Shown here piece by piece: positions 6,586 through 13,903 of a stretch of 40,236 nt of DNA. The stretch lies in IMG/VR virus record IMGVR_UViG_3300037196_000123, positions 1 through 40,236 of that record; one strand, 5' to 3'. This DNA comes from a virus. Numbering within the stretch: the first letter of the stretch is position 1; every line of letters begins with the position of its first letter. The notes beneath the pieces are model-generated. The model was given only the letters and a program-made list of their open reading frames with translations. It made no database searches and was not told the DNA's origin. Both the position numbers and the translations under genes were made by a program.

Positions 6586-7726
6586 GGAACTCCTTCTCAG
6601 TGATTGCCTGACCTTTGTTCTCAAACACTACACACGCGCAAGTTGGAAAAGTGGGATAATGACGACCATGACCATCTAGCCAGTCTTCACCTTTGGTGGT
6701 TCCTCTACCACGACAGATTTTACAATCAGGGTTGATGGTTTTGGTGGGCATTGGAGGACGAACCTTCACTCCGGATTCGATGTACTGACGAACCATCTCA
6801 GGAATGTATTTTGACAGAGTAGCACGATCAGCAATCTTCTTCTTCACCCAGAACTCGTCCTTGGTCATGGTCAGGTGATATATACACGCTTCATGAACCA
6901 AGCTCCCCGGAATATCTCCGAGTTCTTCTTCAAAGGTTAGAGGATCGAACTTCAACGGAGCGGAAGTCTTCGACGAAACCGGAGCGGAAACAACCCTGTT
7001 CGGATCGTACGGAGGAATGAACGGATTACCTCCACGACGTCTAACCGGAGAAGTAGAAACGGAAAGAGGGGATGCAAGGGTCTCCCTTGTCTCGGAAGAA
7101 ATCGAAGCGACGCTCTCTTCTCTTCTCTTCTCTTCTCTTTCTTCTTTATTCCGGACGCGATCGCTCGCATTACATTCCGATGGGTTTACATCCAATGATA
7201 GCGACTGACAGGGTAACTGACGAGCGACTGACGAGCGACTGATAGGTGGACTGACGAGCGACTGACGTGGTAACTGACTAGCGACTGACGGGGTGACTGA
7301 TAAGCGACTGATCTTTGCTTCATGCTTACGGTCATTTGATGCCGCAAAATGTGCCGGCTGCTTACCCATCAGGAACGTCTGATGATCAATTTCTTCATCC
7401 GGAATGCGGTCTTCGGAATCGATATCCTCCGTTGGGGATAGGTGAATCAACCCGAGTTGATACATCTTTTCTATTGCCCGTCCCACATACTTCCGGAAGT
7501 CAGGATCCAAGTTCATCTTGTTGGTCAGGAATCCTATATCGAGTCTGGGTTTCTTCCCACTTCTTCCTGCTTGACGTCTGAGGAAATCGTAGTAGTACCT
7601 CTGTTCTGGATGTAATTGAGTGTACTCAAAGTCGTCCTCTTTTTCAGTCCAATCGAAGACGTAATCTCTACGACCTTTGAGATCCTTCTGGTACTTCTTC
7701 CAGTTCTTGATTCCGATGTAAATCAT
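6557..7726 (-). CDS. replication initiator-like protein carrying the origin iterons inside its coding sequence
   Basis: 389-aa ORF between the helicase and primase genes. N-terminal winged-helix-like region. The central low-complexity segment is encoded by the iteron array and the polypurine tract. C-terminal Cys cluster CKICRGRG...CAC. Confidence 0.55.
   Translation of the reverse strand: MIYIGIKNWKKYQKDLKGRRDYVFDWTEKEDDFEYTQLHPEQRYYYDFLRRQAGRSGKKPRLDIGFLTNKMNLDPDFRKYVGRAIEKMYQLGLIHLSPTEDIDSEDRIPDEEIDHQTFLMGKQPAHFAASNDRKHEAKISRLSVTPSVASQLPRQSLVSPPISRSSVARQLPCQSLSLDVNPSECNASDRVRNKEEREEKRREESVASISSETRETLASPLSVSTSPVRRRGGNPFIPPYDPNRVVSAPVSSKTSAPLKFDPLTFEEELGDIPGSLVHEACIYHLTMTKDEFWVKKKIADRATLSKYIPEMVRQYIESGVKVRPPMPTKTINPDCKICRGRGTTKGEDWLDGHGRHYPTFPTCACVVFENKGQAITEKEFHELITARYS
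7113..7147. repeat. 35-nt homopyrimidine (plus strand) tract with (TCTTC)n repeats next to the iterons
   Basis: The sequence ctctcttctcttctcttctcttctctttcttcttt contains no purine. Confidence 0.85.
7201..7311. repeat. origin-like iteron array: 6 copies of GCGACTGA within about 23-bp units; 10 ACTGA cores at 11-12 bp spacing
   Basis: GCGACTGA at 7201, 7224, 7235, 7258, 7281 and 7304. Units read gcgactgacagggtaactgacga, gcgactgataggtggactgacga, gcgactgacgtggtaactgacta and gcgactgacggggtgactgataa. Confidence 0.8.
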
Positions 7727-9219
7727 AGATCCTCCCCAGGTGCCAACTTCATGGTCTTATCTCTTCCGCCACTCTTTTTCTTTGGAGGATCTTCCTTCTT
7801 TCCGTAGAGAACTGGAACGTCGTCGTCATGGTCATGAATGTACTCAGTACCAGGATCCATCGACAAATTGTGATCGACAAACTTACCAGTCCCGCGACTT
7901 TTACTGGAATGAACCTTCATTTCATATCCCGACTTCAGATCGTCGTCAGAATACACCGACATAGCAAGATCGGTATCCTGCTGAATTTCTGATCCGTAGA
8001 ATATCGAGTTAAGATCGTAGGTTCCGTCATTCTTCAGAGCATTCTTGTTAGACTCACGGTTGACTTGAGCAGGAGAAATCAGCAAAAATTTGTTGGTTTT
8101 CTTACACCAAGCGATTGCTCTCGCAACCATCGCTCCGGTTGCTGACTTCTGATCTTTGGATTCAGGAACTGTTAGGTGAGACAGATAGTCAACCACCACA
8201 ACTGTGTACTGATTCTTCTCGACATTAGCTTCGTAGTAGTCCTGAATCTCATTAAGAGACCAGATTGCTTGAACATCAACCGTTCCTCTTACGAGAGTGC
8301 GGCTCTTGATATCGTCAATGACTTCACAAATGTGGTTGTATTCTCTATCACTGAACTCGCCACTCTGCACACGGAGCTTACTGGGTAAGTCATAATCCTC
8401 GTTGCGGAAAACGTAGGAGTGAACGAGAGCCAGACTTTCCCAAGTCTCCTTGATGGTGGCTTCCAAAGTGATATAGAGGATGTTTTCTCCATTGCGAGCC
8501 ATGTTGTAGACGACAGAGTTCAGGAAAGTAGATTTGCCATCACCAGATGTACCAAGGATGAATAGAGCCTTTCCTTTCTTGCACTTCATCTTGGCATCAA
8601 TGAACTTGAATCCTAGGCGGATGATTTCTCCGTCGTTTATACGATGGTCCTGAATACTCTGCTTAACGATTTCTGTGTTTTCATGAAGCATTCCAGCGAA
8701 TTCCTCGGAAGGAAGCTCGATGGAAGAGATACGAGATTCTTGTTCACGAACCCAGGAAGGAACTTCATCAGGAGACAGCACCCTTTTGGTTCTGGGAATC
8801 TGCGTCTTACCCTTAGAGGATCCGGTAGCAGAATGGGCCATTCGGTAGGTGAATAGGCGTGCTGACCTCTTAGCCTCAGCAATTGTTTCCGAAGCAAGAA
8901 CATCAAAGTCGAGGTTCTTTTCGAAGGAGGGTATTTCCGTACGAAGCTCAATGATTTCGTCTTCAACAGTGGAGGCCACGATGGGAATTCCCTTGGCGAA
9001 CTGAACCACTGCATCAGTGCTTGGTGGACATCTTCTGAACTTTTCATCATAATCCAGAACACATCCCAAGGTTATCCAGTAGGGTAGATCAGATTCATCC
9101 TTGCTGGGACAAGTCACTGCCAAAGCGTAGGCATCGTTGAGACGACCGCGATACTTCGTGATTTCGGTGTGTCTGTCAGGATCAGAAGTGAGAAGATGTA
9201 TCAATTCCTTGATAGCCAC
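7723..9219 (-). CDS. DnaB-family replicative helicase
   Basis: Walker A GTSGDGKST, H1a-like ITLEA, Walker B VVVVDYLSHL, H3-like SPAQVNRES and H4-like GSEIQQDTDLAMSVY. Confidence 0.8.
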   Translation of the reverse strand: MAIKELIHLLTSDPDRHTEITKYRGRLNDAYALAVTCPSKDESDLPYWITLGCVLDYDEKFRRCPPSTDAVVQFAKGIPIVASTVEDEIIELRTEIPSFEKNLDFDVLASETIAEAKRSARLFTYRMAHSATGSSKGKTQIPRTKRVLSPDEVPSWVREQESRISSIELPSEEFAGMLHENTEIVKQSIQDHRINDGEIIRLGFKFIDAKMKCKKGKALFILGTSGDGKSTFLNSVVYNMARNGENILYITLEATIKETWESLALVHSYVFRNEDYDLPSKLRVQSGEFSDREYNHICEVIDDIKSRTLVRGTVDVQAIWSLNEIQDYYEANVEKNQYTVVVVDYLSHLTVPESKDQKSATGAMVARAIAWCKKTNKFLLISPAQVNRESNKNALKNDGTYDLNSIFYGSEIQQDTDLAMSVYSDDDLKSGYEMKVHSSKSRGTGKFVDHNLSMDPGTEYIHDHDDDVPVLYGKKEDPPKKKSGGRDKTMKLAPGEDL

Positions 9220-9557
9220 TAGACCACCTTCTTTCCAGTCAGGTTACTAAGCCTTTCCTTCATATAGGCGTTAATAACACACTGAGCACAAGTTCTAGCC
9301 GCAGAAAGGTTTTCATGTCCGGGAGTAAGACTTTCCCACAATAGAACCAGAGACTTTTGATCAGTATCAAAGTCGTTGTCTATTCCAAAGACCTTTTCTT
9401 TTTCTTCAATCCTTTGACGAATATAGGCGATAGCAGCATCCATACGACTAAAATCTTGCATATATCTCCCTTGCAGAGCTTCCGCTCTACTGTTGAAAAG
9501 TTGAAGTTGTACAGGAAGTTGCTTCCTGCGAATCTGCTTTTCATTCCCTTTGCTCAC
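9219..9557 (-). CDS. hypothetical protein (start uncertain: GTG at 9557 without SD, or ATG at 9461 with AGGGAG)
   Basis: 112-aa ORF. The internal Met33 is preceded by AAGGGAGATAT. Confidence 0.5.
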   Translation of the reverse strand: MSKGNEKQIRRKQLPVQLQLFNSRAEALQGRYMQDFSRMDAAIAYIRQRIEEKEKVFGIDNDFDTDQKSLVLLWESLTPGHENLSAARTCAQCVINAYMKERLSNLTGKKVV

Positions 9558-9571
9558 TAAGTAGGAGGGAA

Positions 9572-9595
9572 GAGGGGTCGGTGTATTGACCCCTC
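9572..9595 (-). terminator. stem-loop GAGGGGUC-8nt-GACCCCUC followed by UUCCCU (weak terminator or attenuator candidate)
   Basis: 8-bp perfect GC-rich stem in the gap between two early genes. The tail resembles the tail of the capsid terminator but is U-poor. Confidence 0.3.
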
Positions 9596-9625
9596 AGCAA
9601 ACTCGCTACTCACTGGCATGAGCAG

Positions 9626-9844
9626 TCAGGAGCTACCTGACATCAGATTCAATACTGCCTTTCTCGCATCATTTTGAACATCTTCCACTTCCCATCTATT
9701 TCCATTTCTGATGGGACTCGGATGAGATTCGACATCCAGTTCACGGATCTTCAGATCCTCGTAGCTGATCGGTGCCCGCTTGAACCCAGCCATCCGACGA
9801 AGAACGTCTCTTGCGCTTGTGCGATAGACCAGTGGAATTCTCAT
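9626..9844 (-). CDS. hypothetical early protein
   Basis: Start moved to the ATG at 9844, which forms an ATGA overlap with the upstream micro-ORF. Sequence begins MRIPLVYRTSARDVLRRMAGFKRAP... Confidence 0.5.
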   Translation of the reverse strand: MRIPLVYRTSARDVLRRMAGFKRAPISYEDLKIRELDVESHPSPIRNGNRWEVEDVQNDARKAVLNLMSGSS

Positions 9845-9927
9845 GACTTCATCCTCCAGAGCAGCGATATGAAACACGCCTGTGCTGCCACAATTATCAG
9901 TCCAACTATCAAACCGATGATGATCAT
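9841..9927 (-). CDS. 28-aa hydrophobic micro-protein, first ORF of the leftward operon
   Basis: My translation is MIIIGLIVGLIIVAAQACFISLLWRMKS. AGGAG lies 6 nt upstream of the ATG. Its stop overlaps the next start (ATGA). It is below the ORF-track size cutoff. Confidence 0.45.
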   Translation of the reverse strand: MIIIGLIVGLIIVAAQACFISLLWRMKS

Positions 9928-10071
9928 TTTTGTCTCCTACACCCTGTGTTCGGTAGTCCGGAAACAGTTTTTCATTATGTTTCGCCTTTTGTTCGCCTAC
10001 TTAATAATTTCCTGTTTTCCATTAAACCAGCGTATCATCATTTCAGATCGTTAGTTAGATGCTTTCCGACT

Positions 10072-10100
10072 TTGCCATCCAAGGTGTAGAACACATTAAT
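10072..10100 (+). promoter_or_regulatory. sigma70-like promoter candidate for the rightward early cluster (TTGCCA-17-ATTAAT)
   Basis: The hexamers were read directly. They lie about 57 nt upstream of the ATG at 10157. The host is unknown, so this is tentative. Confidence 0.25.
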
Positions 10101-10156
10101 CGTTCTGCGCGGGCTGCGTTCGGCGAAGAGGCCACCGCATCAAAACAGGAGCAAAC

Positions 10157-10321
10157 ATGACAGAAACCGAGATCGACCTTCGCAACGGTGCTGAGCGTCT
10201 GGCCAAGAAGCAAGAGGTCCTGATCAAGATGGTGAAACGGATGGACGAATTCATCGCCGACACAATGGAACGGATCGCCCGTTTAGAGACCACGAACGAG
10301 GCCACGAATGCGCATAGTTGA
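10157..10321 (+). CDS. 54-aa coiled-coil protein
   Basis: My translation is MTETEIDLRNGAERLAKKQEVLIKMVKRMDEFIADTMERIARLETTNEATNAHS. AGGAG lies 5 nt upstream. It replaces the antisense ORF 10096..10341. Confidence 0.5.
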   Translation: MTETEIDLRNGAERLAKKQEVLIKMVKRMDEFIADTMERIARLETTNEATNAHS

Positions 10322-10793
10322 CATGCTCCGCTCCAAACCACGGATGCTCAGAGTTCCGGAAGTCGCGGAGCTCCTGGGCACCCCCGAAAATTCCTTCCAT
10401 GAAGTGCTAGGTTCAAAGAACCATCCTCCGTTCTATAAGATCTACGGATCGAAGAACAGACAAGGGATTCGGATAGATGCTGAGGACCTCGCGATCTACT
10501 TAGAAAGCGTCCTCATCGCGGCGGATGTACCGGAAGCGAAAGTAGACCTCGCGCCTCAGCCTATCCAGCAGCCGGATGTACCACCGGTCATTGAAGAATC
10601 GTCTGACGTCGATCTGAGCGTCGTGGTGGAGCCTCCGGTGCCTGTTTCCGCTGAACTCGAAGAGGAAGAAGTCGAAGATGACGATCCTGATGCAAAGTAT
10701 GCTGAGATGTCGATCATTGAACTCCGTGCTCTCACCAACGATCAGCTGGCGCTGGATGAGATCTTCCGTCGCAAACAGTTATTGAAGAGGTAG
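10308..10793 (+). CDS. excisionase/MerR-type HTH DNA-binding protein with an acidic linker
   Basis: The segment LRVPEVAELLGTPENSFHEVL...IRIDAEDLAIYLES is HTH_17-like. An alternative start is the ATG at 10323, just after the upstream stop. Confidence 0.6.
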   Translation: MRIVDMLRSKPRMLRVPEVAELLGTPENSFHEVLGSKNHPPFYKIYGSKNRQGIRIDAEDLAIYLESVLIAADVPEAKVDLAPQPIQQPDVPPVIEESSDVDLSVVVEPPVPVSAELEEEEVEDDDPDAKYAEMSIIELRALTNDQLALDEIFRRKQLLKR

Positions 10794-10797
10794 CGAG

Positions 10798-10878
10798 ATG
10801 AAAGTTCTAATGTGCGGCATGGCAATCGTGAGTATCGTGCTCTGGATCACTTTTACGCGGCTCAGGTATTGGGAATGA
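10798..10878 (+). CDS. 26-aa hydrophobic micro-protein (tentative)
   Basis: MKVLMCGMAIVSIVLWITFTRLRYWE, with GAGG 7 nt upstream. Confidence 0.3.
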   Translation: MKVLMCGMAIVSIVLWITFTRLRYWE

Positions 10879-10927
10879 TCGCACAGGGCACTTGTTCTGT
10901 AATCGTTGAACCTTTGTAGGAGACGAG

Positions 10928-11068
10928 ATGTACGACGTTTATGAAGAAAACCGTTTCCTCCGCAAACGGGTGTTCCAACTCCAGCTTCAACTGGGGATGA
11001 GGAGGAAGATCATGTTTGCTGCCCTGTTGGTGTCCCTCATATGGTTGTACCTGAGATGCAGACATTAA
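10928..11068 (+). CDS. 46-aa protein with a C-terminal transmembrane segment (tentative)
   Basis: MYDVYEENRFLRKRVFQLQLQLGMRRKIMFAALLVSLIWLYLRCRH, with AGGAG upstream. Confidence 0.4.
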   Translation: MYDVYEENRFLRKRVFQLQLQLGMRRKIMFAALLVSLIWLYLRCRH

Positions 11069-11100
11069 CCGTTTTGATTCCCATTTCGGTAGAGTATTCC

Positions 11101-11448
11101 ATGGTCTGGGTCAATGTCAAATCGAGCGCCATCAAGCAGATCGCATTCCGCAGCGGCCTGATATACATCCGCTGGATTGCTGACAAGCACCTGTTCTATC
11201 GTTATGGCCGGTTCACTCGCCAGCAGTATGACGACTTCCGGCACTCCAAGAGCCTGGGTGCGTTCTACCACTTATACATCGTGGGAACGGACTGGACCAA
11301 GGTTCGTCAGATGCAGGAGCAGCTTGCCCAGTTAGTCTTGGAACTGGATCCTGACTATGGCAAGATGTTGACAGCATTTACATCAGTGAACCCTATGGCT
11401 CTGAGGGACTGGATCGGTGAACCGGAATTGGAACTAGCTCTTCGGTGA
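11101..11448 (+). CDS. KTSC domain protein
   Basis: The segment SSAIKQIAFRSGLIYIRW...FYRYGRFTRQQYDDFRHSKSLGAFYHLYI matches the KTSC pattern (S..I..I.Y...L.V.F..G..Y.Y..V....Y......S.G.Y....I). I chose the Met at 11101. The track ORF starts at 11041. Confidence 0.65.
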   Translation: MVWVNVKSSAIKQIAFRSGLIYIRWIADKHLFYRYGRFTRQQYDDFRHSKSLGAFYHLYIVGTDWTKVRQMQEQLAQLVLELDPDYGKMLTAFTSVNPMALRDWIGEPELELALR

Positions 11449-11625
11449 GGGATAATCTACCGCGTGGAAACCCTGGCCGACAAACTTTGGTGGACTCATC
11501 CTCGACAAGATCCTCTTAGCAGGTGCACCGCATCTCTCGCATTCGATGTGCTCCGGAGGATCGCGGAGCACTCGCTCTGTCACGTGATCACATGTGGGGT
11601 TCTCGCATTTGAACTCACAAATCAC
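11434..11625 (-). CDS. FmdB-family zinc-ribbon protein
   Basis: MICEFKCENPTCDHVTERVL....IECERCGAPAKRILS (C..C...CxxC). GTG start with a GTGA overlap onto the upstream stop. GGAGG lies 7 nt upstream. Confidence 0.65.
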   Translation of the reverse strand: MICEFKCENPTCDHVTERVLRDPPEHIECERCGAPAKRILSRMSPPKFVGQGFHAVDYPSPKS

Positions 11626-11915
11626 TCCTCAACCTCCGCAATGACTGCCCAGATTCTGGAAATCTTGGATGGAGACAAGTGAAGTCCTCGGTCAGCCAAC
11701 CACTTGCTGCCTGCTCCCTTGACCCATTCTTTCCTTGCTTCAGGATCGGAGGGTATAAGACAGGACTCCGCCCACTGGTCCAATTCTGCCTGATCAAACA
11801 TCATCCATCCATGCTCTACCCGCTGATGATAAGGGATAATCTTTTTGCCTGCCAGGGAAATTAAATTGTCGTAGGGGATGCCAAGATACTCGGATGCCTG
11901 AGTGGATGTCATCAT
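11622..11915 (-). CDS. excisionase/MerR-type HTH DNA-binding protein
   Basis: MMTSTQASEYLGIPYDNLISLAGKKIIPYHQ....FDQAELDQW is HTH_17-like. Start trimmed to the ATG at 11915. The track ORF starts at 11993. Confidence 0.6.
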   Translation of the reverse strand: MMTSTQASEYLGIPYDNLISLAGKKIIPYHQRVEHGWMMFDQAELDQWAESCLIPSDPEARKEWVKGAGSKWLADRGLHLSPSKISRIWAVIAEVEE

Positions 11916-12342
11916 TTTGCGGACTCTCCCGGAGTTTCTAATACTCCTTCCGGAAGTCGGGAAACCATTAGTTATCAAACCAAGACCCGTCACAGTATTG
12001 ACATGGGTGAATCAGCAAATCATTGACGCAGTTATCGCGCAAGTGAAAGAACATCCGGATCTTCGTCAGCAACAGCTTGCTGATCTACTTAACATCTCTA
12101 AATATACTGTTTTCACTATCCTCAGAGCATCTGGATTATCTTTCCCTGGTAGGAGAGGCAAGGGAATCAAGAGGAAGCAGGGGCAATCGGAAGAACAATG
12201 TCACTGGGAGAACGTGTTACACGATCTAAATCTAGGTATGGATAGAGGACTGATGATTGGTGACTATAGAATTTTCTATGGAGAGGAATACTACCTAGAC
12301 TCAAACTCCCGCCATCTCAGACGGGAGTCGAGCAGACGATAG
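11902..12342 (+). CDS. HTH DNA-binding protein (start uncertain)
   Basis: The segment IIDAVIAQVKEHPDLRQQQLADLLNISKYTVFTILRASG is winged-helix/HTH-like. The first about 35 codons look like antisense of the neighbouring gene, so the real start may be TTG at 11998 or GTG at 12007. Confidence 0.5.
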   Translation: MDVIILRTLPEFLILLPEVGKPLVIKPRPVTVLTWVNQQIIDAVIAQVKEHPDLRQQQLADLLNISKYTVFTILRASGLSFPGRRGKGIKRKQGQSEEQCHWENVLHDLNLGMDRGLMIGDYRIFYGEEYYLDSNSRHLRRESSRR

Positions 12343-12353
12343 GATCACCCCCT

Positions 12354-12908
12354 CTACAGTTTCGCAGCGGCCAGTGCAGGATTGGTCTTGACGGCAGCAG
12401 CCCATTGATCCTTGGAATCTTTGGCACTCGTCACCGTTGCGCGTCCCTTCCATGGATTTGGAGCATGAGCAGTCATCACATTGGCTGTCACAGCAGGAGT
12501 TGGCAACAGTAGGGACAGCACAGCATCAATCCCTGCCACGAGGATACCGATCAAGCTAGCATAAGGTACCAGTGGCGAGATCAGTGCTGCTACTTGCTCA
12601 AGGTCGTTCAGGACGTTGATCACATCCTGTACAGCGCCTCCCTTGATCCATGCCGCCTCATCCACCTTGAGCAGATTCGCAGCCTTAGTAAAGTCCGCCA
12701 GCCAGGATACTCCCGGATCGGCAACTGCAATAATGCCAGCGGCCTCCTGCAAGATCGTGTTGACTTCGTTCTCGATCTGGGTAGGAGTTAACGGACAGCC
12801 GGTAAGCGGGATAATCGTCACCGTGCACATCGTGCCCAATAACAGGGTCATGATCATTGCCCACGCACCTAACTTCGGTGTCGTAGGATATTTCATTGAC
12901 ATTTCCAT
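12354..12908 (-). CDS. lipoprotein (lipobox LTGC), last gene of the long operon
   Basis: The start at 12908 is preceded by AAGGAG. Signal-like segment AWAMIMTLLLGTMCTVTIIPLTGC. A second hydrophobic helix is LIGILVAGIDAVLSLLL. Confidence 0.6.
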   Translation of the reverse strand: MEMSMKYPTTPKLGAWAMIMTLLLGTMCTVTIIPLTGCPLTPTQIENEVNTILQEAAGIIAVADPGVSWLADFTKAANLLKVDEAAWIKGGAVQDVINVLNDLEQVAALISPLVPYASLIGILVAGIDAVLSLLLPTPAVTANVMTAHAPNPWKGRATVTSAKDSKDQWAAAVKTNPALAAAKL

Positions 12909-12918
12909 CGAATCTCCT

Positions 12919-13116
12919 TTACTTGACTGGTGTTGTTGGTGTATCAACCTGGATCAGTCCGATCCAGACACGAGCAATCGCTGCCACAAGAGTCACGATA
13001 CCTGATGCCGTCGCCGCCTTGGGGCTGTTGATGGTTGCCAGATATGCGGTCAGTGGACCTGATGCTGACAGGATAGCTGTAAGGATGCCGTTCGCTGTGG
13101 TCTTCCAATTCTTCAT
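12919..13116 (-). CDS. holin-like small membrane protein (two predicted TM helices)
   Basis: The ATG at 13116 is preceded by AGGAGG. Sequence: MKNWKTTANGILTAILSASGPLTAYLATINSPKAATASGIVTLVAAIARVWIGLIQVDTPTTPVK. Confidence 0.5.
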   Translation of the reverse strand: MKNWKTTANGILTAILSASGPLTAYLATINSPKAATASGIVTLVAAIARVWIGLIQVDTPTTPVK

Positions 13117-13127
13117 TGCACTACCTC

Positions 13128-13604
13128 CTATTTGTGCATGTAGTACACGGTTATCGCCCATCCGATAAGCCCACCGACGCCTGAAGCGAGGAAGCAAGAC
13201 GCAAGCACCATTCCAATAGTCTTCCAGCGCCATTCATCCAGGACAGCAACTTTTGCTTCCAGTGCTCCATGGACTTTATCGAACCAGTCTTTTTCTACCC
13301 GACTTTGCTCAAGGCCGGCAATTCTTACTTCCGTCTTCCCATGGTTGGCCTCGTACCATTCCTTGTCTACAAACCGATGCCGAATGTCGTTCAGCTCGAC
13401 CATCTTTCCTTCGAGGGCTTTGTATGCAAGCTCGACGGCTCTCTGTTCAAGGACATGCTCAGTGATGTGAGCATCTTTCCAAACCTTGAACGTGGCATCG
13501 AGGACAGCCACCTTCCCTTCATCTGACATCTTCTGCCATGACTGAAAGGTAGCTTCCAGAGCAGCAAACTTCAGTTCTATATCCTTGTCACGGTTGTCTT
13601 CCAC
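13128..13604 (-). CDS. coiled-coil protein with a C-terminal membrane anchor
   Basis: 158 aa with a GTG start. Heptad-rich N-terminal region. C-terminal segment WKTIGMVLASCFLASGVGGLIGWAITVYY. Confidence 0.55.
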   Translation of the reverse strand: MEDNRDKDIELKFAALEATFQSWQKMSDEGKVAVLDATFKVWKDAHITEHVLEQRAVELAYKALEGKMVELNDIRHRFVDKEWYEANHGKTEVRIAGLEQSRVEKDWFDKVHGALEAKVAVLDEWRWKTIGMVLASCFLASGVGGLIGWAITVYYMHK

Positions 13605-13619
13605 AACTGACCAACTTCC

Positions 13620-13811
13620 CTACAGCACCTTGGGTGCGATGACAGCAGCCACATTGGCTCCGAAATTGTTGGCTCCCTTCGTGCCAGTGATAACAAGAGT
13701 TCCGGTTCCAGCAGTCGCCTGCAAGTTCGATAGAACTCCCTGGTATGATCCGGGAGTGCCTGCCACATCAGCGAAGGTAACAGTGGCTCCAGGAACTGCC
13801 ACGCTCTTCAC
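13620..13811 (-). CDS. small beta-rich protein (GTG start, no SD seen)
   Basis: 63-aa ORF KSVAVPGATVTFADVAGTPGSYQGVLSNLQATAGTGTLVITGTKG.... The frame is open for 22 further codons upstream without an ATG. The opposite-strand ORF 13585..13836 looks antisense. Confidence 0.4.
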   Translation of the reverse strand: MKSVAVPGATVTFADVAGTPGSYQGVLSNLQATAGTGTLVITGTKGANNFGANVAAVIAPKVL

Positions 13812-13903
13812 ATCGAGCAGAGAGGCGCATTCGTAATCTCCAACACTGCCCTCTACATAAACAACCGTACACTCGCCTCATCGATAAAGCAGTTGTCTCC
13901 GCT

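Noticed and set aside
7201-7311. CRISPR-like array
   Set aside because: The units are 8-23 bp with no unique spacers of spacer length. They lie inside an ORF next to replication genes, so iterons are the better explanation.
10096-10341. 81-aa minus-strand ORF
   Set aside because: It has no SD and an Arg/Ser-rich, antisense-like composition. The opposite strand carries a 54-aa ORF with an AGGAG SD that is coupled to the next plus-strand gene.
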